Assembly: GCA_965203905.1 (NCBI GenBank)
Contig: CBDBDQ010000005.1
Location: 3,200,001-3,264,000 of the forward strand
Source of the DNA: Spirochaetia bacterium
Lineage (GTDB): Bacteria; Spirochaetota; Spirochaetia; SZUA-6; Bin103
DNA: 64,000 bases
Reading direction: 5' to 3'
The notes under the pieces are model-generated. The model did not search any database and was not told the DNA's origin. It saw nothing but the letters and a program-made list of their open reading frames with translations. The translations under genes were made by a program, and so were the position numbers. Below, one piece after another: positions 9,636-19,549 of this stretch (position 1 is the stretch's first letter; every line of letters begins with the position of its first letter).

Positions 9636-10913
9636 ATGAGACCCAGATACTTCGACGTTCTGACCTACGGCAAGAGCTACACCGAGGTGCCGCTGATCAG
9701 TCCCTGGCGTACCATCCGCGTCGATCCGAGCCGGGCGGGGCAGTGGATCGTCGCCGGCGACCTGGACGGTGACGGCGAGGCGGAGCTGGTGAGCGCGCGC
9801 AACAACCCGCGGCGCTCGTCGCAGGAGGTGGTGTCGGTGATTGCTCACAAGCTCGACGGCACGATGCTGTGGGAGTGGGGCGAGCCGCGGGCCGGGGTAG
9901 CCCGTCTGGGCTACGACGTGGCCTGCCAGATCCACGACTGGGACGGCGACGGCAGCCCCGAGGTGGTGGTGGCCGGCGCGCGCGAGATCGTGGAGCTGGA
10001 CGGCGCCACGGGTGCCGAGAAACGGCGCCTCCCGGTCCCCGAGGATGCCGCCGACTGCCTCACCTTCGTGAACCTGTCCGGGGGCGAGCGCCCGACCGAG
10101 GTGCTGGTCAAGACCCGCTACGAGCAGATCTGGGCGCTGGACCGGGAGGGGCGCGAGCTGTGGAACGTGCGCTATCCCGCCGGACGGCTGACCGCCCACC
10201 AGGTATTCCCGGTGGACCTGGACGGCGACGGCCGCGACGAGCTGATCGTCGGCTACGCGATGCTGAACCCCGACGGCTCCCTGCGCTGGGAGATGGCGGC
10301 GGCCGCGGAGCTGCCGCTGGGGATCGGCTGCCACCTCGACTGCGCGCGGGTGCTGCGGCGCGGCGATTCGGCGCCGGACTGGCGCTTCGTGGTGACCTGC
10401 TGCGCCAACGAACGGATGGCGGCGGTCGACGGCACCGGCCGCACCGTGTGGGCCGAGGACAACCGCCACTACGAGTCGGTCGACGTGTGCTCGATCTATC
10501 CCGAGCTGCCGGGCAGGCAGATCGTGGTGGACGTCGCCAAGCACGAGGAGGTGGTGGCTCCCATCCACGTGCTGGACGAGGACGGCGTGCTGCTCGGCAA
10601 GCTGTTCACCCGGAACTCGCGCTTCCACTTTCCGATCGACTGGGACGGCTCGGGCCGTGACCTGTTCGTGGTGGGCGGTGAGCACGCCCTGTTCGACGGC
10701 CGCGGCGACAAGGTCGCCATTTTCGACACCCCGGGGATCGACCATCCGAGCGGCCTGATCTGCGGCCGCGGCGACCTGACCGGCAACGGCGTGCCCGACG
10801 TGCTGTTCAGCGCCGACCACGGCAGCACCATCTTCCTGTACCGCAACGAGCACGGGGCGATGTCGGCACCCGGACTGCCGCTGCTCACGGAGGTGAACTA
10901 TACGCTCTACTGA
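9636..10913 (+). CDS. FG-GAP/VCBS-repeat beta-propeller protein (rhamnogalacturonan-lyase-like)
   Basis: Repeated Ca-binding motifs DLDGDGEAE, DWDGDGSPE, DLDGDGRDE, DWDGSGRD, DLTGNGVPD. Confidence 0.75.
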   Translation: MRPRYFDVLTYGKSYTEVPLISPWRTIRVDPSRAGQWIVAGDLDGDGEAELVSARNNPRRSSQEVVSVIAHKLDGTMLWEWGEPRAGVARLGYDVACQIHDWDGDGSPEVVVAGAREIVELDGATGAEKRRLPVPEDAADCLTFVNLSGGERPTEVLVKTRYEQIWALDREGRELWNVRYPAGRLTAHQVFPVDLDGDGRDELIVGYAMLNPDGSLRWEMAAAAELPLGIGCHLDCARVLRRGDSAPDWRFVVTCCANERMAAVDGTGRTVWAEDNRHYESVDVCSIYPELPGRQIVVDVAKHEEVVAPIHVLDEDGVLLGKLFTRNSRFHFPIDWDGSGRDLFVVGGEHALFDGRGDKVAIFDTPGIDHPSGLICGRGDLTGNGVPDVLFSADHGSTIFLYRNEHGAMSAPGLPLLTEVNYTLY

Positions 10914-10971
10914 AGCCACCCGGATCGGAGCACCGCCTGACTGGGCGCTGCGCCAGCGGCGGCTGATCGAG

Positions 10972-12726
10972 GTGATGGAGCAGGCGGCGCCGGTGTACCA
11001 GGAGCGCTACACCCGGGCCGACGGCAGCTTCGTCTGGCGCGCGCGCTGGCCGGGGATGGACGGCTCCGACGACGGCTACGAGAGCTATCACAACTGGCCC
11101 CTGTTCTATGTCCTGGGCGGCGCTGCCGACCTGCACGAGCGCAGCCGCTTCCTGTGGGAGGCGGTGACGCGCCAGTTCACCGGCTACGGCCAGATCCATC
11201 GCGAGTTCGATGCCTACTACGACTGGATGCACCACGGCGAGTCCTCCCTGTACCTGTACTACTTCGGGCTCGCCGACCCGCTGCGCCAGCCGGACCGGGC
11301 GCGGGCGCTGCGCTTCGCCGGCATGTACCTGGGCAGCGACCCGGAGGCCGCCAACTGGGACCCCGAGCGGCGCATGATCCGTTCGCCCATCACCGGCAGC
11401 CGCGGGCCGCGCTTCGAGAACACCTTCGAGGACTGGGAGGCGGTGCGCTGGGTGCTGGCCGACTACCCGGTGCCGTTCGACGATCTGGACGTGCCTACCC
11501 GCGACGCCGAATGGTATCCGGGCGAGGTGGTGGCCAAGGCCGACTGGAACGACGACGCCGTGTTCGCGGTGATCCTGGAGGCGCTGAACCGGCGCCAGAT
11601 GCGGGGCGACGTGCCGCTCAACCTGACCTGCACCAGCCTGCTGACCCACGCGTTCCTGCTCACCGGGGAGGAACGCTACCGGCGCTGGGTGCTTGACTAC
11701 CTGGAGGCGTGGGCGGACCGCATCGCCGCCAACGGCGGCCTGTGCCCGGACAACGTCGGCCCCGGCGGCACGGTCGGCGAGACCATGGACGGCAAGTGGT
11801 GGGGCGGCTACTACGGCTGGGCCTGGCCGCACGGCAGCCGCACCATCATCGAGCCGCTGCTGATCGCGGCGATGAACGCGCTGCTGCTGACCGGCGACGC
11901 CGGCTACCTGGAGATCCCGCGCGGCCAACTGGCGCGCCTGATCGAGTTGGGGCGCAGCGACGGCGGCCGGCTGCTGGTGCCGCACCGCCACACCGACGCC
12001 GGCTGGACCTCCTGGCGGCCGCTTGAGCCGCACACCGTGGGCCAGCTCTGGTACCTGTCACAGGCGCCGGCCGACCGCGAGCTGATCGACTCGCTGCCGG
12101 AGAGCCGCGGCGAGTGGGCGGAGCTGGTCGAGGGCCGCGGCAAGGGGGACGACGTCCACTTCGGGCCCTGGTTCTGCTATCTGGACGGGCGCCTGCCCGA
12201 CTACCCGCGGCGCCTGCTCGACGTGCAGTACCGGGAGGTGATGCGGCGCATGGACCGGCTGCGCGCCGACGCCGGCGACCCCGAGGAATGGGACGTGCAC
12301 CACTGGCAGGACATCAACCCCGTGCACACCGAGGCGCTGCTGCAGCAGACCTGCGGCGGCCCCCAGGTGATCTACCACGGCGGCCTGCTGCACGTGCGGC
12401 TGCGCTACTTCGACGCCGACGCAAAACGGCCGGGGCTGCCGCCGGAGGTGGCCGCGCTGGTGCCGCAGCTGGACGCCGATGGCACCACACTGGAACTGGT
12501 CAACGTCGGCGCGGTGCACACACGGCGGGCGCTGCTGCAGGCGGGTGCATTCGGCGAGCACCGCTTCACGACGGTGTGCGACCTCGACTCCGATTGCACG
12601 GCCGACATCCACGACCGCCACCTGGAGGTGGTGCTGCCGCCGGGACGCGCGCTGCGCGTGAGGCTGGGCATGCAGCGCTTCTGCCACGCCCCGAGCTACC
12701 GGACCGGGATGGAATTTGGAAGCTGA
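10972..12726 (+). CDS. Conserved hypothetical protein, probably a helical-barrel sugar-acting enzyme; true start may lie upstream
   Basis: 584-aa ORF with strong GC3 bias, rich in W/Y/D/H (DDGYES, YYDWMHHGE, WWGGYYGWAWPHG). Confidence 0.7.
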   Translation: MMEQAAPVYQERYTRADGSFVWRARWPGMDGSDDGYESYHNWPLFYVLGGAADLHERSRFLWEAVTRQFTGYGQIHREFDAYYDWMHHGESSLYLYYFGLADPLRQPDRARALRFAGMYLGSDPEAANWDPERRMIRSPITGSRGPRFENTFEDWEAVRWVLADYPVPFDDLDVPTRDAEWYPGEVVAKADWNDDAVFAVILEALNRRQMRGDVPLNLTCTSLLTHAFLLTGEERYRRWVLDYLEAWADRIAANGGLCPDNVGPGGTVGETMDGKWWGGYYGWAWPHGSRTIIEPLLIAAMNALLLTGDAGYLEIPRGQLARLIELGRSDGGRLLVPHRHTDAGWTSWRPLEPHTVGQLWYLSQAPADRELIDSLPESRGEWAELVEGRGKGDDVHFGPWFCYLDGRLPDYPRRLLDVQYREVMRRMDRLRADAGDPEEWDVHHWQDINPVHTEALLQQTCGGPQVIYHGGLLHVRLRYFDADAKRPGLPPEVAALVPQLDADGTTLELVNVGAVHTRRALLQAGAFGEHRFTTVCDLDSDCTADIHDRHLEVVLPPGRALRVRLGMQRFCHAPSYRTGMEFGS

Positions 12727-12767
12727 CATCGGGAGCAGGACCTCATACACTCCCGGAAGGAAGCACC

Positions 12768-12995
12768 ATGTTGAATGAACGAGTCGTCATCGATCCGGCA
12801 ATCCGCCATGGGAAACCCGTTATTCGGGGAACCAGGGTACCGATACATCGGATTATCGGAAACCTGGCAGCCGGCTCTTCCCCCGAAGAGATCTGCAAGG
12901 AATACGACATCACGGACGAAGACCTGAGAGCGGCGCTCGCCTATGCACAAGAGCTGATTGAGCTCGAAGAAACCCACCCGCTGCCGACTTCCTGA
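12768..12995 (+). CDS. DUF433 family antitoxin
   Basis: VVIDPAIRHGKPVIRGTRVP...EEICKEYDITDEDLRAALAYA is the DUF433 signature. GGAAGGA RBS. Confidence 0.9.
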   Translation: MLNERVVIDPAIRHGKPVIRGTRVPIHRIIGNLAAGSSPEEICKEYDITDEDLRAALAYAQELIELEETHPLPTS

Positions 12996-12999
12996 TCCA

Positions 13000-13146
13000 C
13001 GGTTCCTGCGCCTGCCTCGGCACGCGACGACCTCGTTCATCATACAGCTTGTCGCGCCGTTCCTTGAGCAGATCGACGCACTACCAGAGCTTCGGGGACA
13101 TCTGGCCATCGTGGAGCCAGGCCGAGTACGGTTCCGAAGTCGCTGA
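13000..13146 (+). pseudogene. C-terminal remnant of a DUF5615 PIN-like toxin
   Basis: LRLPRHATTSFIIQLVAPFLEQ...LRGHLAIVEPGRVRFR resembles DUF5615 C-termini. No start codon or N-terminal acidic catalytic segment. Lies directly after DUF433. Confidence 0.6.
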
Positions 13147-13199
13147 GTTGAGTTCACCGGCCGCGCGCCTCCAATCTGCGCGCGGCCGCATGCTACCGG

Positions 13200-15146
13200 C
13201 TACTCCTGCAGGAACCACTGCGCCGGCTGCGATACCTTGAACCAGCTCAGGTCGTCGGAGAAGATCGCGGTCTCCAGCACGTTCTGGAGACGGTTGCTGA
13301 CAATCACCGGCGCCACCGGCCACGCCACCGTGCCGATGACCGGCAGGTTGTCGGAGAAGAACTGCCATACCTCACCGCGATAGCGGCGGTAGTCCTCGTC
13401 GCTCACCGCTTCCAGCGAGTTGATGTAGGAGTCGTAGTAGGCCTTGATCTCGGCGGGCGGCTCCTCGCCGGCCGGCGGCTCGGGACCGATCCTCCCGCCC
13501 TGGTCCCAGGTGGACCACTTGAACCACTCGCCCCACTTCTGCCCCCACACGCTGGAGGTGATGTCGAACGGGGTCGAGTTGGGGATGTAGGAACGCAGCT
13601 CCAGCATGCGGTCGATGCGGGAGACGCGCACGTCGAACTCGTTGGCCTGCAGGCGCTGGCTGATCAGCTCGCCCGAAACCGTCCTCAGGTCGACCTGGAC
13701 GCCCACCGCCTCCCAGTAGTCGCGGATCAACTCGGCGGCGTCGGTGTTGGTCTCGTCGACGTCCATGTTGATGCGCACCACCTCGCCGTTGGCCATGGTC
13801 CGGTAGCCGTTGCCGCTCCTGGCGAGGCCGATCTCGTCGAGCAGCGCGCCGGCGCGCTCGGGGTCGTACTCGGCGAAGTTGGTCGCCCACTTGGGATCGT
13901 AGAACGAGGCGCCGAAGTGGATCGTCGCCTGCTGCGGCACGCCCATGCCGAGGAACAGGAACTCGTTCATCTCGTCACGGTTCAGCGCCAGCGACATCGC
14001 CTGGCGGAACTTGACGTTGCCGAACACCGCCCGCTTGGCCGGGTCGTTGTGGTTCTGGTTGAAGGTCAGGCCGGGATCCGCGGCGTAGATGCGCTGCCAG
14101 TTGCGCAACTCGTAGTTGCCCTGCCGCTCGCCGCGCTTGTAGAGCTGCATCTCCGACTGCTTGAGCAGCCGGCCGGCGACGTCGGACTTGCCCTGCAGGG
14201 CGTCGAGAATCGTCACCTGCTGATCGCTGACGATGTTGACCACCACCCGGTCGATGTAGGGGAGCTGGTTACCGGCCGTGTCCACCACGTGGTAGTAGGG
14301 ATTCCTGGCAAAGGTCTTCTTGAGCTGCACGTCGGTCTCCATCACCCAGGTGCCGAGGGTGGGGACCTTCTTCAGCGCGTCCACGTTGGGGAACACGTTC
14401 AGTTCCTTGCCGTGGGCGTCGACCCAGTTCTCGTGCCCCAGCTCCTTGGCCAGCTCGTTGGCGTTGGGGTTGTGGTCGATGTGGAACTGCTTGGCGAAGT
14501 GGCTCGGCATCATGAAGAAGCTGGGCAGCGTGTACCAGTGGTTGATCATCGACAGCACCGGGCGATAGGGGATCGCCATCTTGATGCGGAAGGAGTAGTC
14601 GTCGAGCTTCTCGAAGGTCGCCAGCTCGCCGCCGATGGTCCACACGAAGCGCACCCAGTGGTTGATCTCGTCGTTGAGCACCACGTCGTTGTAGAAGTAC
14701 ATGACGTCGTCGGCGGTAAGCGGCGCGCCGTCGGACCACTTCATGCCCTCGCGCAGGTAGATGGTCAGCTCGGTGCCGTCGTCGGACAGGTCGTAGCCCT
14801 TGGCGACGTCGGGGATCACCGCGGAACAGCTCGGGTCGGTGGTGAACAGGTAGGAGAGCCGGACGTGGCCCAGATCGGACCAGCCGCCGGTGTTGGAGGC
14901 ACTGATGGTGCCGCCGTAGGTGCCGATCTCGTTGAGCGGTTCCAGCACCAGCGGATCGTCGGGCAGGCGCTCGGCAACCGGCGGCAGATCGCCGGAGGCC
15001 ACCAGCGCGGCCAGCATCGGCGCCTCGTCGAAGCTGGTGATCCCGAGCTGCGATGCGGTACGCGCCTCCAGCCAGGTCGTGGGGATGGCGGCCGCGTAGG
15101 CGACGGACACGAGGCACAGACAGAGTGCCGACAGAGCCTTCTTCAT
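13200..15146 (-). CDS. ABC transporter substrate-binding protein, family 5 (oligopeptide/oligosaccharide type)
   Basis: Signal peptide MKKALSAL, LPPVAERLP, LREGMKWSDGAPLTADDV, NPYYHVVDTAGNQLPYID, FRQAMSLALNR. AAGGAGG RBS. Confidence 0.93.
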   Translation of the reverse strand: MKKALSALCLCLVSVAYAAAIPTTWLEARTASQLGITSFDEAPMLAALVASGDLPPVAERLPDDPLVLEPLNEIGTYGGTISASNTGGWSDLGHVRLSYLFTTDPSCSAVIPDVAKGYDLSDDGTELTIYLREGMKWSDGAPLTADDVMYFYNDVVLNDEINHWVRFVWTIGGELATFEKLDDYSFRIKMAIPYRPVLSMINHWYTLPSFFMMPSHFAKQFHIDHNPNANELAKELGHENWVDAHGKELNVFPNVDALKKVPTLGTWVMETDVQLKKTFARNPYYHVVDTAGNQLPYIDRVVVNIVSDQQVTILDALQGKSDVAGRLLKQSEMQLYKRGERQGNYELRNWQRIYAADPGLTFNQNHNDPAKRAVFGNVKFRQAMSLALNRDEMNEFLFLGMGVPQQATIHFGASFYDPKWATNFAEYDPERAGALLDEIGLARSGNGYRTMANGEVVRINMDVDETNTDAAELIRDYWEAVGVQVDLRTVSGELISQRLQANEFDVRVSRIDRMLELRSYIPNSTPFDITSSVWGQKWGEWFKWSTWDQGGRIGPEPPAGEEPPAEIKAYYDSYINSLEAVSDEDYRRYRGEVWQFFSDNLPVIGTVAWPVAPVIVSNRLQNVLETAIFSDDLSWFKVSQPAQWFLQE

Positions 15147-15343
15147 CGGGTTCCTCCTTGACGGGCAGGTCCGGTGGTTGTCGGTTTGGACCGGCGGCGA
15201 GTGTAGCGGGCACCCCACCGGGCGTCAACGCAGCGCAGCCGGCATTGGCCGGCATGGCCGGCATCCGGTGCGCGTGCCGGGTCCCGCCGGCGGCCCGGAT
15301 GACACGCTTCGGCAGCGCCGTTATAGTCGCCGCAACAGCTTGA

Positions 15344-16327
15344 ATGCTTCAGTACACCGTCAGGCGAGTTCTTCTGATGATCGTGACATTGTGGATCATT
15401 TCGATCATCAGCTTTGTCGTCATCCAGCTTCCGCCCGGTGATTATCTGACGACGTTGGCCATCAACCTGGAGGAGAGCGGCTATCCGGTCGAAGAGGCGA
15501 TGCTGGAGCGCTACCGGACCCGATTCGGGCTCGACAAGACGCTGTTTCAACAGTATCTGATCTGGATAACCAACTTCGTGCAGGGCGACATGGGTTACTC
15601 TTTCGAATGGCGAGCCGACGTCAACACGCTCATCTGGGAACGCCTTCTGCTGACCGTGGCGCTGAGCACGTCGTCGCTGATTCTGACCTGGATGATCTCC
15701 CTGCCGATCGGTGTCTACTCCGCTCTGAAGCAGCACTCGGTGGGCGACTACGTGTTCACCATTCTCGGCCTGGCCGGAGTTTCGGTGCCGAGCTTCATGC
15801 TCGCGCTGGTGCTCATGTACGTCGCGTTCGACACCTTCGGCATGGACGTTGGAGGATTGTTCTCGCCGGAGTACGGCGACGCCCCCTGGAGCCTCGGGAA
15901 GGTGCTGGACCTGCTCAAGCACATCTGGCTGCCGGCCTTCATCATCGCCATCGCCGGCACCGCCGGCCTGATCCGCACCCTGCGCGCCAACCTGCTCGAC
16001 GAGCTCAAGAAGCCGTACATGATCACCGCCCGCTCCAAGGGAATCGCCTACCGCAAGGTGGTCATGAAGTACCCCATGCGGATAGCGCTGAACCCCTTCA
16101 TCAGCTCGTTCGCCTACATCCTGCCGGCCCTGATCTCGTTCTCGACGATCATCTCCGTGGTGATGAACATGCCCACCACCGGCCCGCTGCTGCTGGGGGC
16201 GCTGCAGACCCAGGACATGTACCTGGCCGGAAGCTTCATCATGCTGCTCAGCGCGCTCACCGTGATCGGCACCTTCTTCTCCGACCTCCTGCTGGCGGCG
16301 GTCGATCCCCGGGTGCGGTTTTTTTGA
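15344..16327 (+). CDS. ABC transporter permease (DppB/OppB-like)
   Basis: YTVRRVL, QLPPGD, GDMGYS, YMITARSKG (EAA loop), SDLLLAAVDPRVR. Confidence 0.93.
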   Translation: MLQYTVRRVLLMIVTLWIISIISFVVIQLPPGDYLTTLAINLEESGYPVEEAMLERYRTRFGLDKTLFQQYLIWITNFVQGDMGYSFEWRADVNTLIWERLLLTVALSTSSLILTWMISLPIGVYSALKQHSVGDYVFTILGLAGVSVPSFMLALVLMYVAFDTFGMDVGGLFSPEYGDAPWSLGKVLDLLKHIWLPAFIIAIAGTAGLIRTLRANLLDELKKPYMITARSKGIAYRKVVMKYPMRIALNPFISSFAYILPALISFSTIISVVMNMPTTGPLLLGALQTQDMYLAGSFIMLLSALTVIGTFFSDLLLAAVDPRVRFF

Positions 16328-16329
16328 GG

Positions 16330-17475
16330 ATGTTGACGGCGCGGAAGCCACGCCGTGGCAGGCGTGCCGGCGGGACCGCGGAACTCGACGATCTGTACAC
16401 GTCGTCGCAGTGGAAGCTGATCGTGATCCGCTTCCGCAAGCACAAGCCGGCGGTGGTATCCCTGTTCCTGCTGGCGCTGTTCTACCTGCTCGCGCTGCTG
16501 GCTCCGTTTTTCTCCGTGCACGATCCCAACGAGAAGAATGCGGACTACCGGGAGGCGCCGCCGCAGGGAATCTACTTCCTCGACCACGCCGGAAACTTCT
16601 CGCTGTTTCCAGTGACCTATCCGTTCTCCAAGGCGATGGATACCGAGACTTTCGAGGTCGTGTTCAGCAACATTACCGAGCAGAAGACCAGGCTCAAGCT
16701 GTTCGCCAAGGGGTTCGAGTACCGGCTCTTGGGGCTCACTTTGAAGCGTCATTTCATCGGCACGGGGGACCCCGATGTTCCCTTTCACATCCTCGGCTGC
16801 GACAGCCTGGGACGCGATCTCTTCAGCCGCATCCTGTACGGCAGCAGGATCTCTCTTTCGATCGGGCTGTTCGGCGTGGCCATCAGCTTCTTCCTGGGGA
16901 TCCTGATCGGCGGTATCGCCGGCTACCTGGGTGGTGCCGTCGACAACGTGGTGCAGCGTGCCATCGAGATTCTGCTGTCGATTCCGCAACTGCCGTTGTG
17001 GATGGCGCTGAGCGCGGCGCTGCCGCGGGACTGGTCGCAACTGCAGAATTACCTGTTGATCACGATCATCCTGTCGATCATCGGCTGGACCGGGCTGGCG
17101 CGCATCGTGCGCGGCCGCTTCCTCAGCCTGCGCACGGAGGATTTCGTCACCGCCGCCGAGCTGATGGGGCGCAACAACCTGCAGATCATCTTCATCCACA
17201 TGCTGCCCTCGTTCTACAGCTACATCATCGCTTCGCTCACGCTGTCGATTCCGGGGATGATTCTGGGCGAGACCGCGCTCAGCTTCCTGGGCCTCGGCCT
17301 GCAGGCGCCGACCATCAGTTGGGGCGTGCTGCTGCAGGACGCGCAGAACGTGTACGCGATCGCCATCACCCCCTGGATCCTGCTGCCGTGCGTGTGCGTG
17401 ATCATCGTGGTGCTGGCGTTCAACCTGCTCGGCGACGGGCTGCGCGACGCCGCCGACCCCTACGGGAGCCGTTAG
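16330..17475 (+). CDS. ABC transporter permease (DppC/OppC-like)
   Basis: LGCDSLGRDLFSRILYGSRISL, FVTAAELMG, ETALSFLGLG, FNLLGDGLRDAADP. ATG at 16330. Confidence 0.93.
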   Translation: MLTARKPRRGRRAGGTAELDDLYTSSQWKLIVIRFRKHKPAVVSLFLLALFYLLALLAPFFSVHDPNEKNADYREAPPQGIYFLDHAGNFSLFPVTYPFSKAMDTETFEVVFSNITEQKTRLKLFAKGFEYRLLGLTLKRHFIGTGDPDVPFHILGCDSLGRDLFSRILYGSRISLSIGLFGVAISFFLGILIGGIAGYLGGAVDNVVQRAIEILLSIPQLPLWMALSAALPRDWSQLQNYLLITIILSIIGWTGLARIVRGRFLSLRTEDFVTAAELMGRNNLQIIFIHMLPSFYSYIIASLTLSIPGMILGETALSFLGLGLQAPTISWGVLLQDAQNVYAIAITPWILLPCVCVIIVVLAFNLLGDGLRDAADPYGSR

Positions 17476-17480
17476 GCAGG

Positions 17481-18494
17481 ATGGCGGGAGTGGAGCCGCG
17501 CAACATCCTCGAGGTGGACGACCTCACGGTGGAGTTCCACGGGGACGAGGGGGTCGCAAAGGCGGTCAACGGCGTCTCGTTCGCGGTGCGGGAGGGGCAG
17601 TCGGTGGGCATCGTCGGCGAGAGCGGCTGCGGCAAGTCGGTGTCGGCCTACTCGGTCCTGCGCCTGCTGGCCGACACCGCGCGCATCACCGGCGGCGCGA
17701 TCCGCTACCGGGAGCGCGACGGCGCGGTGACCGACCTCACCACGCTGGATCCCGACGGCGAGCACATCCGGCGGCTGCGCGGCGCCGAGATCTCGATGAT
17801 CTTCCAGGAGCCGATGACCGCCTTCAGCCCGGTGCACACCATCAGCAACCAGATCTCCGAGCTGCTGATGCTGCACACCGGCATCGACAAGGAGGAGGCG
17901 AGGGCCAGGACCATCGAGCTGCTGCGCCGGACCGGCATCCCGGACCCGGAGCAGCGGGTGGATGACTACACCTTCCAGTTGAGCGGCGGGATGCGGCAGC
18001 GGGCGATGATCTCCCTGGGAATCGCCTGCGGGCCGCGCATCCTGATCGCGGACGAACCGACCACGGCGCTGGACGTGACCATCCAGGCGCAGGTGCTGAA
18101 GATGATCAAGGAGATGCAGCGGCAGATGGGCCTGTCGCTGATCCTGATCACCCACGACCTGGCCATCATCTCCAAGATGGTGGAGCACGTGTACGTGATG
18201 TACCTGGGGAAGGTGGTGGAGAGCGCGCCGGTACGGGAGCTGTTTCGCAATCCGCGCCACCCATATACCAGGAATCTGCTGAAATCGGTGCCGCGGATGC
18301 GGCAGCAGGGGGAGCGGCTGCACACCATCGAGGGTGCGGTGCCCACCACCTACCTGCTGCCCACGGGATGCGGCTTCCACCCGCGCTGCGAGGAGATGAT
18401 CGCGGGCACCTGCGAGGTGTCCGAGCCGCCGGCGGTGAGCATCGGCGCCGGCCACGTCGCCACCTGCCACAACATACCGGTACCCGCGCCGTGA
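17481..18494 (+). CDS. ABC transporter ATP-binding protein (DppD/OppD-like)
   Basis: GESGCGKS Walker A, LSGGMRQR signature, ILIADEPTTALD, C-terminal Cys-rich oligopeptide-transporter tail. Confidence 0.95.
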   Translation: MAGVEPRNILEVDDLTVEFHGDEGVAKAVNGVSFAVREGQSVGIVGESGCGKSVSAYSVLRLLADTARITGGAIRYRERDGAVTDLTTLDPDGEHIRRLRGAEISMIFQEPMTAFSPVHTISNQISELLMLHTGIDKEEARARTIELLRRTGIPDPEQRVDDYTFQLSGGMRQRAMISLGIACGPRILIADEPTTALDVTIQAQVLKMIKEMQRQMGLSLILITHDLAIISKMVEHVYVMYLGKVVESAPVRELFRNPRHPYTRNLLKSVPRMRQQGERLHTIEGAVPTTYLLPTGCGFHPRCEEMIAGTCEVSEPPAVSIGAGHVATCHNIPVPAP

Positions 18495-19495
18495 ACGATA
18501 TCCTGCTCCAGGTCCGAAACCTCAAGAAGTACTTTCCGGTGGAGCGCGGCTTTCTGCGCCGCGGCCACGACTTCATCCGCGCGGTGGACGACATTTCGTT
18601 CGTCGTTGCCCGCGGCACGATCCTGGGGCTGATCGGCGAGAGCGGCTGCGGCAAGACCACCACGGTCAAGACCATCATGCGCGCCATGCCGCCGACCGCG
18701 GGGAGCATCGAGTACCTCACCCAGGAGCGGCGGCTGGTGGACCTCGCGCAGTTGACCCGGAAGGAGTTGAAGCCCCTCCGCAAGGAGATCCAGATGATCT
18801 TCCAGGACCCGTTCAGCTCGCTGAACCCGCGCATGACCGCGCTCGACATCGTGGCCGAGCCGCTCAAGGTGCTGAAGTGGCGCAAGCCCGCCTACCGACT
18901 GCGGGTGGAGGAGCTGATGGACCTGGTGGGCCTGGACCCGCGCTTCCTGTCGCGCTACCCGCACGCCTTCAGCGGTGGCCAGCGGCAGCGCCTGGGCATC
19001 GCCAGGGCGCTCGCCTCCTCACCCTCGCTGCTGTTCGCCGACGAGCCGGTGTCGGCGCTCGACGTCTCGGTGCAGGCGCAGATCCTCAACCTGCTGCTCG
19101 ACATCCAGGCGCAGATGGGACTGACGGTGGTGATCATCGCCCACGACCTGGGCGTGGTGCGCTACATCTGCAGGGAGGTGGCGATCATGTACCTGGGCAA
19201 GATCGTCGAGCAGGGGGATACCAGGGAGATCTACACCCGGCCCCGGCACCCCTATACCGCCGGCCTGCTGGCGGCCAGCCCGGACACCGACCCGGACACC
19301 CCGTGGGCGGAGGACCTGCTCACCGGCGACGTGCCGAGCCCGATCGGCGAGCGCCGGGGCTGCGTGTTCGCGTCGCGCTGCAGCCATGCGGAGGAGCGCT
19401 GCAACGGCGAAGTGCCGGAGCTGGCGCCGGTCGCCGGCAGCGACCGCGCGGTGGCCTGCTGGCGCGCCGGTGACCTGGTGCTGCGCGGCATTTGA
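18491..19495 (+). CDS. ABC transporter ATP-binding protein (DppF/OppF-like)
   Basis: GESGCGKT, FSGGQRQR, FADEPVSALD. GTGA overlap with the upstream gene. Confidence 0.95.
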   Translation: MNDILLQVRNLKKYFPVERGFLRRGHDFIRAVDDISFVVARGTILGLIGESGCGKTTTVKTIMRAMPPTAGSIEYLTQERRLVDLAQLTRKELKPLRKEIQMIFQDPFSSLNPRMTALDIVAEPLKVLKWRKPAYRLRVEELMDLVGLDPRFLSRYPHAFSGGQRQRLGIARALASSPSLLFADEPVSALDVSVQAQILNLLLDIQAQMGLTVVIIAHDLGVVRYICREVAIMYLGKIVEQGDTREIYTRPRHPYTAGLLAASPDTDPDTPWAEDLLTGDVPSPIGERRGCVFASRCSHAEERCNGEVPELAPVAGSDRAVACWRAGDLVLRGI

Positions 19496-19549
19496 ACGGC
19501 CGCCGTGCTGGGTGCTGGCCGCTCGACAGGCGGCAGACGTCAGGTGCCT

